Origin: a candidate division WOR-3 bacterium
GTDB lineage: Bacteria; Hydrothermota; Tepidihabitantia; Tepidihabitantales; Tepidihabitantaceae
Length of the DNA stretch: 64,000 bases
Direction: 5' to 3'
Assembly: GCA_965648905.1 (NCBI GenBank)
Contig: CBFGIT010000004.1
Coordinates: 1 to 64,000 of the forward strand
Within the stretch, counting starts at the first letter, position 1, and the number at the start of each line of letters is the position of its first letter. Below the pieces are notes generated by a model, which was given only the letters and a program-made list of their open reading frames with translations, did not search any database and had not been told where the DNA came from. This document shows, in pieces, positions 27,200 to 36,906 of this stretch. A program made the translations under genes and the position numbers.

Positions 27200-28405
27200 G
27201 TGAAGTACATTGTCTTCCTTGCCGACGGCGCGGCTGACTTCCCGGTGCCGGAGCTCGGCAACAAGACCCCGCTGCAGGTTGCCCGCAAGCCGGCGATGGA
27301 CCGCATCGCGCGCGAAGGCCGGTGCGGTTCGTTCATCACGGTCGAGGACGACATGCCGCCCGGCAGCGAGGTGGCTAACCTGACCGTGCTCGGCTACGAC
27401 CCGAAGAAGTGCCACCAGGGACGGGGCGTGCTTGAGGCCGCGGCCATGGGCGTCAGGCTGCGGGATGCCGACGTCGCCATGCGCTGCAACCTCATCTGTC
27501 TGGAAGACGGCCGGATCAAGAACCACTCTGCCGGCCACATCTCATCTGAAGAGGCGGCAGAACTCATCCGCCACGTCGACCGCTACTGCGGCAGCGCGGG
27601 CGCCCGGTTCTGGTCCGGTGTTTCCTACCGCCATCTCCTCGTGCTGGAACAGGGCTCGCCTGAGGTTGAGTGCGCGCCACCTCATGACCATGTCGGCGAG
27701 CGGGCCGAAGACCTGCTCGTGCAGGCAAAGTCAGAGGAGGCGGAATCGACCGCGGCGTTCCTTAACAACATCATTCGTAAGTCATGGAAACTGCTGCCTG
27801 ACCACATCGTGAACAAGCGGCGCGCGAAGCAGGGCAAGGACCAAGCCAACTCGCTCTGGCCCTGGTCCCCGGGCCGCAAGCCGAAGATGGCCACCTTGCA
27901 GGAGCTTCATGGCATCACCGGTGCAGTCATTTCCGCAGTCGATTTGATTCGCGGCGTCGGAGTCTACGCCGGGCTTGACGTGATCATGGTCCCAGGCGCA
28001 ACCGGGCTCATTGACACGAACTACGAAGGCAAGGCCGATGCCTGTATTGCGGCGCTTGCCGACCACGACTTTGTGTTCGTCCATGTTGAGGCGCCGGATG
28101 AAGCCGGCCACAGCAGGGACCTGAAGCAGAAAATCCTTGCCATCGAGTACCTCGACTCGCGGCTGATCAGCCGCGTGATGAAGGCCCTGGAAGACCGCGG
28201 CATTGAAGCCACGGTCGCAATCCTGCCCGACCATCCAACCCCGGTCGCCACCGGCAACCACGTGCGCGGCGCGGTCCCGGTCGCCATCCGCAGCTCGCGC
28301 TGGACCCCGGACCCGGTGCAGTCTTACGACGAAGAGTCGGTCAAATCCGGCGCCCTGGGCCTGCTGCGCGGTGACGGCTTCATCCGGGCGTTCCTCGGTC
28401 GATAG
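27200..28405 (+). CDS. apgM: ApgM-type cofactor-independent phosphoglycerate mutase (proposed homoserine kinase subfamily)
   Basis: DGAAD, PGSEVANL, GRGVLEA, SYRH, SAVDL, HVEAPDEAGH, PDHPTP; adjacent to thrC. Confidence 0.88.
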   Translation: MKYIVFLADGAADFPVPELGNKTPLQVARKPAMDRIAREGRCGSFITVEDDMPPGSEVANLTVLGYDPKKCHQGRGVLEAAAMGVRLRDADVAMRCNLICLEDGRIKNHSAGHISSEEAAELIRHVDRYCGSAGARFWSGVSYRHLLVLEQGSPEVECAPPHDHVGERAEDLLVQAKSEEAESTAAFLNNIIRKSWKLLPDHIVNKRRAKQGKDQANSLWPWSPGRKPKMATLQELHGITGAVISAVDLIRGVGVYAGLDVIMVPGATGLIDTNYEGKADACIAALADHDFVFVHVEAPDEAGHSRDLKQKILAIEYLDSRLISRVMKALEDRGIEATVAILPDHPTPVATGNHVRGAVPVAIRSSRWTPDPVQSYDEESVKSGALGLLRGDGFIRAFLGR

Positions 28406-28426
28406 TCAGAGTCACCGCGCGGCGAC

Positions 28427-29263
28427 GTGGACCGCCAACTGCTCGGAACCCTGGTTATCTGCGCGCTGGCCATTGCTGAGCCTCCGGAATGGCGCAACCT
28501 CGCTTTGGGCATGGACCTCGTTGAGCTCGCGGCCAGCAAGCCCAGTTCGCCAAGCGACTCACGCATCAGGGTGCTGCGCATCGACCCGACGCTCTGGGAA
28601 CTTGAATACGCGAGCAGCAACCGTACCGGCGAAGCCTTGGGCCGCACCGCCCGCGAGTGGTGCAGCAAGTACAGACTGACGGCGGCCATCAACGCCGGCA
28701 TGTTCGGCGCCGACTTCAGGACCCACCTCGGCTATCTCAGATTCCGGGACAAAGTCTACAGCAGCCGCGTGACCGGCTACCAGTCGGTCGCCGCATTTCA
28801 CCCCAGAAACGACAAGAGCCCGCCGTTCCGCATCTTCGACCTTGATGCTCCCGGCATCACCCTGGAGAGAATCCTCGAAGACTACTCCTCGACAATCCAG
28901 AACCTGCGGCTCATTAAGCGGCCGGGCCGCAACGTCTGGGGCAGGCAAAAGAAGAAGTGGAGTGAAGCTGCCCTTGGCGAAGACAGAGAAGGCCGCATCC
29001 TCTTCATCTTCTGCCGAGCGCCCTTTTCGATGCACGACCTGAACCACAGACTGCTTTCCTCCGGCATCAACCTTGTTGCGGCCCAGCATCTTGAAGGCGG
29101 GCCTGAGGCCCAGCTCTATTTCCGCGCCGGCAAGGTCGAGCAGGAGCGCTTTGGCAGCTTCGAGACGTTCTTCAAGGAAGACGACCTCAACTCGGTGCCG
29201 TGGCCGGTTCCGAGCGTCCTAGGCGTCAAGCCCAGGTCAATTGCTCAGCCGTCCAGGAAGTAG
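28427..29263 (+). CDS. Exported phosphodiester glycosidase (NAGPA)-like protein
   Basis: Signal peptide; AAINAGMF, WSEAALG, AQHLEGG and WPVPSVLG resemble the family motifs. Confidence 0.6.
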   Translation: MDRQLLGTLVICALAIAEPPEWRNLALGMDLVELAASKPSSPSDSRIRVLRIDPTLWELEYASSNRTGEALGRTAREWCSKYRLTAAINAGMFGADFRTHLGYLRFRDKVYSSRVTGYQSVAAFHPRNDKSPPFRIFDLDAPGITLERILEDYSSTIQNLRLIKRPGRNVWGRQKKKWSEAALGEDREGRILFIFCRAPFSMHDLNHRLLSSGINLVAAQHLEGGPEAQLYFRAGKVEQERFGSFETFFKEDDLNSVPWPVPSVLGVKPRSIAQPSRK

Positions 29264-29320
29264 CGTTGCTCCGTGCTCGACAGAGGCGGTCGAACAGTAG
29301 CTGGTGAACAGCGTCTTCTG

Positions 29321-29348
29321 TTGCAAGTGGCGAACAGCCGGCTAGAAT
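29321..29348 (+). promoter_or_regulatory. sigma70-like promoter of alaS, probably leaderless
   Basis: TTGCAA-N16-TAGAAT, then 8 nt, then ATG 29357. Confidence 0.65.
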
Positions 29349-29356
29349 CGAGCGGT

Positions 29357-31945
29357 ATGAACCACCGCGAACTGCGCCGGACGTTCCTTGAGTTCTACGC
29401 CCGGCGCGACCACAAAATCGTGCCGAGCATGTCGCTGGTGCCGCGCGACGACCCGACGATGCTTTTCACCAGTGCCGGCATGGTTCAGTTCAAGCCGCTC
29501 TGGGCCGGCGCCGTGCCCCTGACATACCGCCGCGCCACCTCGATTCAGAAGTGTCTGCGTGCTTCTGACCTTGCTCAGGTCGGCCACACTCCGCGCCACT
29601 GCACTTTTTTCGAGATGCTCGGCAATTTCTCGTTCGGCGACTATTTCAAGTACGAAGCGATTCCCTGGGCCTGGGAGTACTTGACCGAGGTTGTGAAGCT
29701 GGACCGGGAGCGGCTGTTCGTCTCGGTGTTCAGAGACGATGAAGAGGCGTTCAATGTCTGGAAGATGAAGGTCGGCCTGCCTGAGAGCCGAATCTACCGG
29801 CTGGGCGAGAAAGACAACTTCTGGGGGCCGGTTGGCGGCGGCGGCGCGTGCGGCCCGTGCTCGGAAATCTATGTTGACCTCGGGCCTGAGTACGGCTGTG
29901 GCACAAGTTCCTGCGCCCCGGGCTGTGACTGCAACCGGTTCTCTGAAGTTTACAACATCGTTTTCCCTCAGTACAACCAGCTTCCAGATGGGTCGCGTGA
30001 GCCACTGAAGAACCGGGGTATCGACACCGGCATGGGCCTCGAACGCCTGGCAATGGTGTCGCAGGGAAAGAAGACGATCTTCGAGACCGACCTGTTCGCA
30101 CCGGTTGTCAAGGCGACCGAGAACGTCTTGGGGATGCCGGTCGACGATGGTAACCGGGTTATGTTCCACGTGGCTGCTGACCATGCCCGGGCCCTGAGCT
30201 TCGCCATCAGCGACGGCGTGCTTCCGTCCAACGAAGGACGAGGCTACGTGTTGCGGGGAATCCTGCGCCGGGCCCTGCTGTTCGCACAACGTTGCGGGGT
30301 CAACGAGCCGTTTCTCTACAAGGTGTCGGGCGAAGTCGTCGAACTGATGCGGCAGTGGTATCCGGAGCTTTCGGGCAAGCGCGAGCAGGCGGCAGTGATT
30401 ATCAAGGCTGAGGAGGAACGGTTCCTCAAGACCTTGTGCTCCGGCCTGGAGCGCTGGGCCGGCGTGCTCAGCCAGCACCGGGCCGCGGGCGTGGTTCCGG
30501 GGAAGGAGCTGTTCATGCTCCATGACACCTTCGGGTTCCACATCGAGCTGGTCAAGGAACTGGCTGCCGAGGCTGGAGTCGGGCTTGACCTCACCGGTTT
30601 CGAGCAGGCGATGCAGGAGCAGCGCGAGCGGAGCAAGAAGGAGACTTTCGTAAGTCCGGCGCCGGTCTCGGGCGTACTTGAATCGACGTTCGTCGGCTAC
30701 GAGAAGGACGAGGTCGAAACCGAGCTGGTCCGGTTCACGCCCCTGCCGGACAATCTGCTTGAAGTCGTCCTCAGAGACAGCCCGTTCTATGCCGAAATGG
30801 GTGGTCAGGTCGGCGACACCGGCCGGATTGTCGGAGAGGACTTCGAGCTTGAAGTGATGGATACATACCAGCAGCACGGCGTGCGGAGCTGCAAGGTTCG
30901 GCTGGTCAGGGGCGAAATCCGCACCGGGCCGGTGCGAGCCGCAGTCGATGCTGAGCGGCGGCGCGAGATTGAGCGGGCGCATACGGCCACCCATCTGCTT
31001 CACGCGGCTCTGCGCCGGACCGTGGGCGACTATGTCAAGCAGGAAGGTTCACTGGTTGAGCCGGGCCGGCTCCGGTTCGACTTTGCGGCATTTGAGCCGC
31101 TGAAACCAGAGCAGATTCAGGCGGTCGAAAGGCTGGTCTACGAGCAGGTGATTGCCGACCAGAAGGTTGAGGCACTGCGTGAGATGCCGCTGGAACGGGC
31201 AAAGGAACTCGGCGCACTGGCATTTTTCGGCGAGCAGTACGGCGAGCAGGTGACGGTCATCAAGGTCGGCGACTTCTCGATGGAGCTGTGCGGTGGCACG
31301 CACGTGAAGAGCACCGGCCAGATCGGCAACTTTCGCATCACCTCTGAAACCGGCGTAGCCGCGGGCGTGCGGCGGATTGAGGCACTGGTCGGGCGAGCCG
31401 CACAGCAGCAGGCGGGCAGGGACCGTATGACCCTGGACCTGCTGCAGCAGAAGCTCGGAACGAGCGAGGATGCCCTGGTCAGGAAGGTCGATTCGCTGCA
31501 GCAGGAGCTGAAGCGACTTGATAGTCGGGTACGCGCGTTGTCGACCCAGTTGGCCCGGGCTGCGGGCGACGAGCTGGCCGAGGCAGCCGCTGATACCGGC
31601 CTTGTCAGAGTTGTGGTCGGCCACCGGAGCGGTTTTGAGGCGGCTGACCTGCGCCTGGTTGCCGACCGGGTGCGCGAATTGCTCAGAGAGCGTTATGTCG
31701 GCCTCATCACCGGCGGCGAACCTCCCCGCGCTCGCTACGTTGTCTTCTCGAGTCCGGACATGCAGAAACAACTGCCGGCTGGCAGATTGGCGAAAGTCGT
31801 GGGCAATGCAATGGCAGGCGGCGGCGGCGGCCGGCCCGACATTGCTGAGGGCGGCGGCGAGCTGGAGCGGCTAGGTGCGGCGCAGGATGCGTTCCGGGCC
31901 GCGGTTCTGGCGGCCGGGGAAGGACAGGGACTGAAGTCGGAGTGA
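29357..31945 (+). CDS. alaS: Alanine--tRNA ligase
   Basis: LFTSAGMVQFK, FFEMLGNFSFGDYFK, DTGMGLER, HTATHLLH, ELCGGTH, GGGGRP. Confidence 0.98.
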   Translation: MNHRELRRTFLEFYARRDHKIVPSMSLVPRDDPTMLFTSAGMVQFKPLWAGAVPLTYRRATSIQKCLRASDLAQVGHTPRHCTFFEMLGNFSFGDYFKYEAIPWAWEYLTEVVKLDRERLFVSVFRDDEEAFNVWKMKVGLPESRIYRLGEKDNFWGPVGGGGACGPCSEIYVDLGPEYGCGTSSCAPGCDCNRFSEVYNIVFPQYNQLPDGSREPLKNRGIDTGMGLERLAMVSQGKKTIFETDLFAPVVKATENVLGMPVDDGNRVMFHVAADHARALSFAISDGVLPSNEGRGYVLRGILRRALLFAQRCGVNEPFLYKVSGEVVELMRQWYPELSGKREQAAVIIKAEEERFLKTLCSGLERWAGVLSQHRAAGVVPGKELFMLHDTFGFHIELVKELAAEAGVGLDLTGFEQAMQEQRERSKKETFVSPAPVSGVLESTFVGYEKDEVETELVRFTPLPDNLLEVVLRDSPFYAEMGGQVGDTGRIVGEDFELEVMDTYQQHGVRSCKVRLVRGEIRTGPVRAAVDAERRREIERAHTATHLLHAALRRTVGDYVKQEGSLVEPGRLRFDFAAFEPLKPEQIQAVERLVYEQVIADQKVEALREMPLERAKELGALAFFGEQYGEQVTVIKVGDFSMELCGGTHVKSTGQIGNFRITSETGVAAGVRRIEALVGRAAQQQAGRDRMTLDLLQQKLGTSEDALVRKVDSLQQELKRLDSRVRALSTQLARAAGDELAEAAADTGLVRVVVGHRSGFEAADLRLVADRVRELLRERYVGLITGGEPPRARYVVFSSPDMQKQLPAGRLAKVVGNAMAGGGGGRPDIAEGGGELERLGAAQDAFRAAVLAAGEGQGLKSE

Positions 31946-31960
31946 GCCCAAGGAGGCACG

Positions 31961-33628
31961 ATGCTGTCTGACATCGAAATCGCCCAACAGGCAAAGCTGA
32001 AGCCAATTATCGAGGTCTGCCAGGAGCTCGGCATCACCGACCCAAACCTGGTCCTGCCCAACGGCAACTACAAGTGCAAGCTGTCGGTGCGGCTGCTGGA
32101 GCAGTTGAAAGAAAGACCGGTGGGCAAGCTGATACTCGTGACTGCGATTACGCCGACCAAGTACGGCGAGGGCAAGACGACCACGGCAATCGGGCTTTCA
32201 ATGGCGTTCAACCGGCTGGGCAAGCGCTCGATTGTTGTGCTGCGTCAGCCATCGCTCGGGCCGGTCTTTGGTATCAAGGGTGGTGCCGCGGGTGGCGGCT
32301 ACTCACAGGTGCTTCCCATGGAGGACATCAACCTGCACTTCACCGGCGACTTCCATGCGGTCACGTCTGCTCACAACCTGCTCTCGGCGATGCTCGACAA
32401 CTCGATTCACTTCGACAATTCGCTGCATATTGATCCCCGGGAAATCGTATTTCCCCGGACAATCGACATGAACGACCGGGTGCTGCGCACGATGGTAGTT
32501 GGCCTGGGCGGCCGAGCTGACGGCCCGGCACGAGAAGACAGTTGCGTCATTACCGCAGCGTCCGAAATAATGGCGATACTGGCGCTGGCGCGGGACCGGG
32601 CCGACTTGAAGCAGCGTCTGGCGCGGATTCTTGTGGCCCTGCGCTATGACGACAGCCCGGTCACAGCTCAGGACCTGGGCGCAACCGGAGCCATGGCCGT
32701 GCTCCTGAAAGACGCCGTCAAGCCTAATCTTGTTCAGACGACCGAGAACACACCGGCCCTGGTCCACTGCGGGCCGTTTGCCAACATCGCCCACGGCACG
32801 GCCAGCATCATCGCCACCAACGCGGCGCTCAAACTGTCTGAGTACGTAGTCATTGAGGCGGGGTTCGGGTCAGACCTTGGCGCTGAGAAGTTTGTCGACA
32901 TCGTTGCGCCGCTTGCCGGCTGGGAAGTCTCGGCCTGCGTGCTCGTGGCCACAGTTCGTGCGCTCAAACATCAGGGCGGCGCGCGCGACGCGCGTAAAGG
33001 AACTCTGACCCACCTTTGGGGCGGCATGTCGAACCTGAAGCGGCACATCGAGAACTGCCGCACCCTGGGACTTGAACCGGTTGTCTGCCTGAACCGGTTC
33101 AGCGATGACAAAGACGATGACATCAGGCTGGTTCAGGAGTACTGCCGCGAGCAGAAAGTACCCTGTCCGGTCAGCACCGGGTTCGCCGACGGCGGTCAGG
33201 GGTGTCTGGACCTTGCCGCCGCGGTCGAACAGCAGATCGAAGAACGGCCCGGCCAGGCACAGCCGCTGTATGACCGAACCGCACCGGTGGAGGCCAAAAT
33301 CGAGACCGTGGCGCAGCACATCTACGGCGCAACTCAGGTTGTGTACACGCCTAGGGCCGAGCGGGAAATCAAGCGCATCTCCAGCCTGGGCTGCGACAAG
33401 CTGCCGATCTGCATCGCCAAGACCCCGCTCTCGTTCTCCGACGACCCGGATTGCATCGGCGTCTGCTCAGGATTCAAGATCACCATTTCTGCGGTCCACA
33501 TCCGGGCCGGAGCCGGTTATCTTGTCCCGGTTGCGGGCGAGATCGAACTGCTACCCGGCCTGGCCAAGCGACCCAACGCCGTCAAGATTGATATCGCGGA
33601 CGACGGCAGGATAAGCGGACTGTCCTAG
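31961..33628 (+). CDS. fhs: Formate--tetrahydrofolate ligase
   Basis: TPTKYGEGKTT, GIKGGAAGGGY, GPFANIAHG, EAGFGSDLGAEKF. Confidence 0.97.
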   Translation: MLSDIEIAQQAKLKPIIEVCQELGITDPNLVLPNGNYKCKLSVRLLEQLKERPVGKLILVTAITPTKYGEGKTTTAIGLSMAFNRLGKRSIVVLRQPSLGPVFGIKGGAAGGGYSQVLPMEDINLHFTGDFHAVTSAHNLLSAMLDNSIHFDNSLHIDPREIVFPRTIDMNDRVLRTMVVGLGGRADGPAREDSCVITAASEIMAILALARDRADLKQRLARILVALRYDDSPVTAQDLGATGAMAVLLKDAVKPNLVQTTENTPALVHCGPFANIAHGTASIIATNAALKLSEYVVIEAGFGSDLGAEKFVDIVAPLAGWEVSACVLVATVRALKHQGGARDARKGTLTHLWGGMSNLKRHIENCRTLGLEPVVCLNRFSDDKDDDIRLVQEYCREQKVPCPVSTGFADGGQGCLDLAAAVEQQIEERPGQAQPLYDRTAPVEAKIETVAQHIYGATQVVYTPRAEREIKRISSLGCDKLPICIAKTPLSFSDDPDCIGVCSGFKITISAVHIRAGAGYLVPVAGEIELLPGLAKRPNAVKIDIADDGRISGLS

Positions 33629-33633
33629 GCAGG

Positions 33634-34575
33634 ATGCAGAAGCCGTCGGTGAATTACCGCAACGCCGGGGTGCGGCAGGAGATTCTCATCCGGCAGCGGC
33701 GGGGCATGTGGACGCCGGAGCAGATTGGGAGTCTTGCCCGTCACTTTGGCCTGAGGCCGGGCATGAAGCTGCTCGACGCCGGGTGCGGCTACGGCTACGC
33801 GATGAGGACGTGGGGCAGGTTCTGTATGCCGCGTGGACAACTGGTCGGGCTGGACCGGGACCGAAAGCTCCTAACTCAGGCAGCCCGATTCTGCCGTAAG
33901 GAAGGCTTGAGCAGCTCGGTCGAATTCGTCCACAGCGACATCTGCGTCATGCCATTCGATGACGACCGGTTCGATGTAAGCATGGCATCAGTCGTTCTCT
34001 GTCACCTGGCCGAGCCCGAGCGTGCTCTTGATGAGATGACACGAGTCACTCGACCAGGCGGGTGCGTCGTCGTGTTTGACAACGCTGCGGCCGGAGGACG
34101 GGAGAACCAATGGTCGAACTGGAGCGAGCCCACGCGCGCCGAAAGCCTGCTTAAGTACGAACGAACCTGGTCCTGGATTACCGGACGCAGGAAGCTCAGA
34201 CAGGGCGACCTCTCGGTCGGCTGCTATATGCCGAGCTGGATGGAGGCACGGGGACTCAAGCATGTGGACGTGCGAATGAACGAGCGGGTCTGCTGGATTG
34301 CGCCACCGTATCGCTCTGAAGGTCAGCAGATTTTTCTGCAGAACGCGAGGGAGCAAGTCCGTACGTATCGACGGTTCACCTGGCCGGACCAAGGCGAGCG
34401 AGCGCGACTTCGCGCCGGTGGGATGACCGCGAGGAAAATCGAAAGAGCCCGACAGCAGATGATGGCGGCAAGTCGCCGGTTTCGCCAGGCGATGAAAGCC
34501 GGCACGGCTGCCTTCGCCTTCTCCATGCCGTTCTGGTGCATCTGGGGCTTCAAGCCGGGCCGAGACCGGGTCTAG
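33634..34575 (+). CDS. Class I SAM-dependent methyltransferase
   Basis: LLDAGCGYG, PFDDDRFD, EMTRVTRPGG. Confidence 0.9.
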   Translation: MQKPSVNYRNAGVRQEILIRQRRGMWTPEQIGSLARHFGLRPGMKLLDAGCGYGYAMRTWGRFCMPRGQLVGLDRDRKLLTQAARFCRKEGLSSSVEFVHSDICVMPFDDDRFDVSMASVVLCHLAEPERALDEMTRVTRPGGCVVVFDNAAAGGRENQWSNWSEPTRAESLLKYERTWSWITGRRKLRQGDLSVGCYMPSWMEARGLKHVDVRMNERVCWIAPPYRSEGQQIFLQNAREQVRTYRRFTWPDQGERARLRAGGMTARKIERARQQMMAASRRFRQAMKAGTAAFAFSMPFWCIWGFKPGRDRV

Positions 34576-35192
34576 AGGTCCGGCTCAGGCTCCTTGATGA
34601 CGCGCTGAATCGTGTCGGGTGAGAATCCGCGGCGGGCAAGAAGGGCATAGAGCCGTCGTCTGAGCACCGCGGGTTCAAGCCGCCGGTTGCGTTCAAGATA
34701 CTTCCCGGCAACTGCCTTGGCAGCAGCGACTTCATCCGGCGCCTGAGCCAGAGCTGCTTCCAGGTGCTCCTGGGACACGCCGCGCTTTGTCAGTTCCTGC
34801 CGCACGCGCCAGCGGCCTTTGTGTCCGATGTTCACCCGGTCCTGGACAAACTGCCGGGCATAGCCTTCGTCATCCACCATCCTGAGCTCGGCCAGCCGGT
34901 CGAGAGTTGACTGCACGATTTCGGCCGAAAAACCCTTGCGCGTGAGGCGCTGGCTCAGTTCGGCCGAGGTGCGCGCCTTGTACGAAAGGAGCAGGAAAGC
35001 GTAGTTGCGGGCTTCGAGGGTCTGTTCTTCGCGGGCAATTCGCTCGAGATCGGCTGGGCTGAGCTCCAGTCCCGGCGCAAGCCTGAGCGCGGCAACCGTG
35101 TTATGCGAAAGCCCGAGCCAGAACCGGCCGTCGATGAAGACCGAGACCCGCCGCTTATTTCTTCTTTGCGGCTGGAGCGCGGTTATCCTCAT
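34572..35192 (-). CDS. recX: Regulatory protein RecX
   Basis: [26 protein letters not shown]; directly downstream of recA. Confidence 0.92.
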   Translation of the reverse strand: MRITALQPQRRNKRRVSVFIDGRFWLGLSHNTVAALRLAPGLELSPADLERIAREEQTLEARNYAFLLLSYKARTSAELSQRLTRKGFSAEIVQSTLDRLAELRMVDDEGYARQFVQDRVNIGHKGRWRVRQELTKRGVSQEHLEAALAQAPDEVAAAKAVAGKYLERNRRLEPAVLRRRLYALLARRGFSPDTIQRVIKEPEPDL

Positions 35193-36216
35193 CAGCAGCC
35201 GGAACAGGCTTGGCCGGCCTCGGTATCTTCAACTTCTCGTAGAGCTGGGCCTCAGCCTTCTTGGCAACGGTCGGATTCTGCTCCAGAAACTCAATCGACG
35301 CGTCCCGACCCTGGCCGATGCGCATCTCGCCGAACGCGTACCAGGTCCCGGACTTGGCAAAGACTCCCTGTTCGGTGCCGATGTCAAGCAGTTCTGCCAT
35401 CCGCGAAATGCCTTTGCCGTAAATCAGGTCGAACTCAGCCTCGCGGAACGGCGGCGCGACCTTGTTCTTCACCACCTTGACCCGGGTTCGGCTGCCGATG
35501 ACCTCCTCGCCCTTCTTGATTGCCAGGATGCGGCGGATGTCGAAGCGCATCGTGGCATAGAACTTGAGCGCCAGCCCGCCGGTTGTCGTTTCCGGGTTGC
35601 CGAACATCACGCCGATTTTCTGCCTTATCTGGTTAGTGAAGATGCCGCAGGTCTTGGTGCGGGCGGCAACACCCGAGAGTTTGCGCATTGCTTGGGACAT
35701 GAGCCGCGCCTGAACCCCGACAAAAGCGTCACCCATTTCGCCCTCAATCTCGGCGCGCGGCACCAGGGCCGCGACCGAGTCGATGACAAACAGGTCTAGC
35801 CCTCCAGAACGGGTCAGCACTTCGGCAATCTCCAGCGCCTGCTCGCCCGAATCAGGCTGAGAAACAAGCAGCTTCTCCAGGTCTACCCCAAGGGCCTGGG
35901 CATAGGTGGAATCGAGCGCGTTCTCGGCATCGATGAACGCCGCAGTGCCGCCCAGTTTCTGGCACTGGGCGATAATCGAGAGCACCAGCGTGGTTTTGCC
36001 CGAGCCTTCAGGCCCGTAAATCTCGACAAACCGGCCGCGCGGCACGCCGCCGATACCTAGGACTGCGTCCAGGCCGATAGAGCCGGTCGGAATCGCCTCG
36101 ACCTGAGCCACCGGGGCCTCACCGCCGAGTCGCATCACCGAACCTTTGCCATACTGCTTTTCAATCTGAGCAAGAGCACTCACGAGCGCCTTTGATTTCT
36201 CGTCTTCTTTGGGCAT
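35155..36216 (-). CDS. recA: Recombinase RecA
   Basis: [41 protein letters not shown]. Confidence 0.99.
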   Translation of the reverse strand: MPKEDEKSKALVSALAQIEKQYGKGSVMRLGGEAPVAQVEAIPTGSIGLDAVLGIGGVPRGRFVEIYGPEGSGKTTLVLSIIAQCQKLGGTAAFIDAENALDSTYAQALGVDLEKLLVSQPDSGEQALEIAEVLTRSGGLDLFVIDSVAALVPRAEIEGEMGDAFVGVQARLMSQAMRKLSGVAARTKTCGIFTNQIRQKIGVMFGNPETTTGGLALKFYATMRFDIRRILAIKKGEEVIGSRTRVKVVKNKVAPPFREAEFDLIYGKGISRMAELLDIGTEQGVFAKSGTWYAFGEMRIGQGRDASIEFLEQNPTVAKKAEAQLYEKLKIPRPAKPVPAADEDNRAPAAKKK

Positions 36217-36244
36217 TCCGCCTCCGTTTCAAGTAGTTTGCGAC

Positions 36245-36272
36245 AGTATAGGTTTGGCCCTGCCTAAGTCAA
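36245..36272 (-). promoter_or_regulatory. recA promoter
   Basis: TTGACT-N16-TATACT; SD GGAGG downstream. Confidence 0.7.
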
Positions 36273-36724
36273 GCTATCTTACCGGCCCGCACCGGCTTGA
36301 ATCTTGAGTTTTGACTTGCGCGACCCGCACACACCGCGTTCTTCTCAATGTCATACAGCCTGAACCGCACTGCCTTCATCCGGACAGCCAGCTTCGGTTC
36401 AGCCACCTTGAGCACCTCCTCAAGTACCCGCGAGGCCTCCTCGGCCCGCTTGAAGTTCGCCAGCAGCACATCCTCAAGGTTGCTGCGGCCGGTGCGGTCG
36501 AACCGGTCCCCGCGTCCCAAATCAGACCCGCTGTCCCGGCCGGCAATTACCCTGCGCCGGAGCACGCGGGTTTCAACGCTCACCCGGGTCCTCAGGCTCC
36601 TGATGCTTGCCAGCAGTCGTGGCCGCTCAAGTCCAAGTCGGACCACGTCCTCGACCACCCGCAGTCCTTCGGTCAGCCGGTTCAGGTTGACGTCGATGAT
36701 GCGGCTGATGCGGCGCTCGTCCAT
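36269..36724 (-). CDS. Stand-alone domain resembling the N-terminus of long thiamine-phosphate synthases (ThiD2-like)
   Basis: RIIDVNLNRLTEGLRVVED, ARDS-like GRDSGSDLG, ANFKRAEEASRVLEE, RFRLYDIEK. Confidence 0.75.
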   Translation of the reverse strand: MDERRISRIIDVNLNRLTEGLRVVEDVVRLGLERPRLLASIRSLRTRVSVETRVLRRRVIAGRDSGSDLGRGDRFDRTGRSNLEDVLLANFKRAEEASRVLEEVLKVAEPKLAVRMKAVRFRLYDIEKNAVCAGRASQNSRFKPVRAGKIA

Positions 36725-36748
36725 GAACCTGCCAGCTTAGAACTCCGG

Positions 36749-36770
36749 GCGGACAAAGTCAAGCCCGGCC
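36749..36770 (+). repeat. 22-bp direct repeat, copy 1
   Basis: GCGGACAAAGTCAAGCCCGGCC, identical to 38357-38378. Confidence 0.95.
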
Positions 36771-36817
36771 TGCGCACGGTTCGACGCCGCCCGGGCACGA
36801 GCGGCAGACACTGGACG

Positions 36818-36845
36818 TTGACAGCGGTCTCCACGACCATAGAAT
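36818..36845 (+). promoter_or_regulatory. sigma70-like promoter
   Basis: TTGACA-N16-TAGAAT. Confidence 0.75.
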
Positions 36846-36852
36846 CCTGTTC

Positions 36853-36906
36853 GTGATGCTCGGCGCATCAGGAGCCAGACCATCGATGACACGCAGAGGA
36901 GACTGA
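36853..36906 (+). CDS. Putative leaderless uORF (17 aa) coupled to the next gene
   Basis: GTG 7 nt after the -10 element; MMLGASGARPSMTRRGD*; TGATG overlap with ATG 36906. Confidence 0.35.
   Translation: MMLGASGARPSMTRRGD

Noticed and set aside
30162..30177. parS-like TGTTCCACGTGGCTGC in alaS
   Set aside because: Only 12/16 match; the right arm is broken.
29342..31003. 553-aa minus-strand ORF
   Set aside because: Antisense shadow of alaS, expected at high GC; no motifs.
36217..36272. LexA/SOS box upstream of recA
   Set aside because: No recognisable CTGT-N8-ACAG, GAAC-N4-GTTC or other palindrome.
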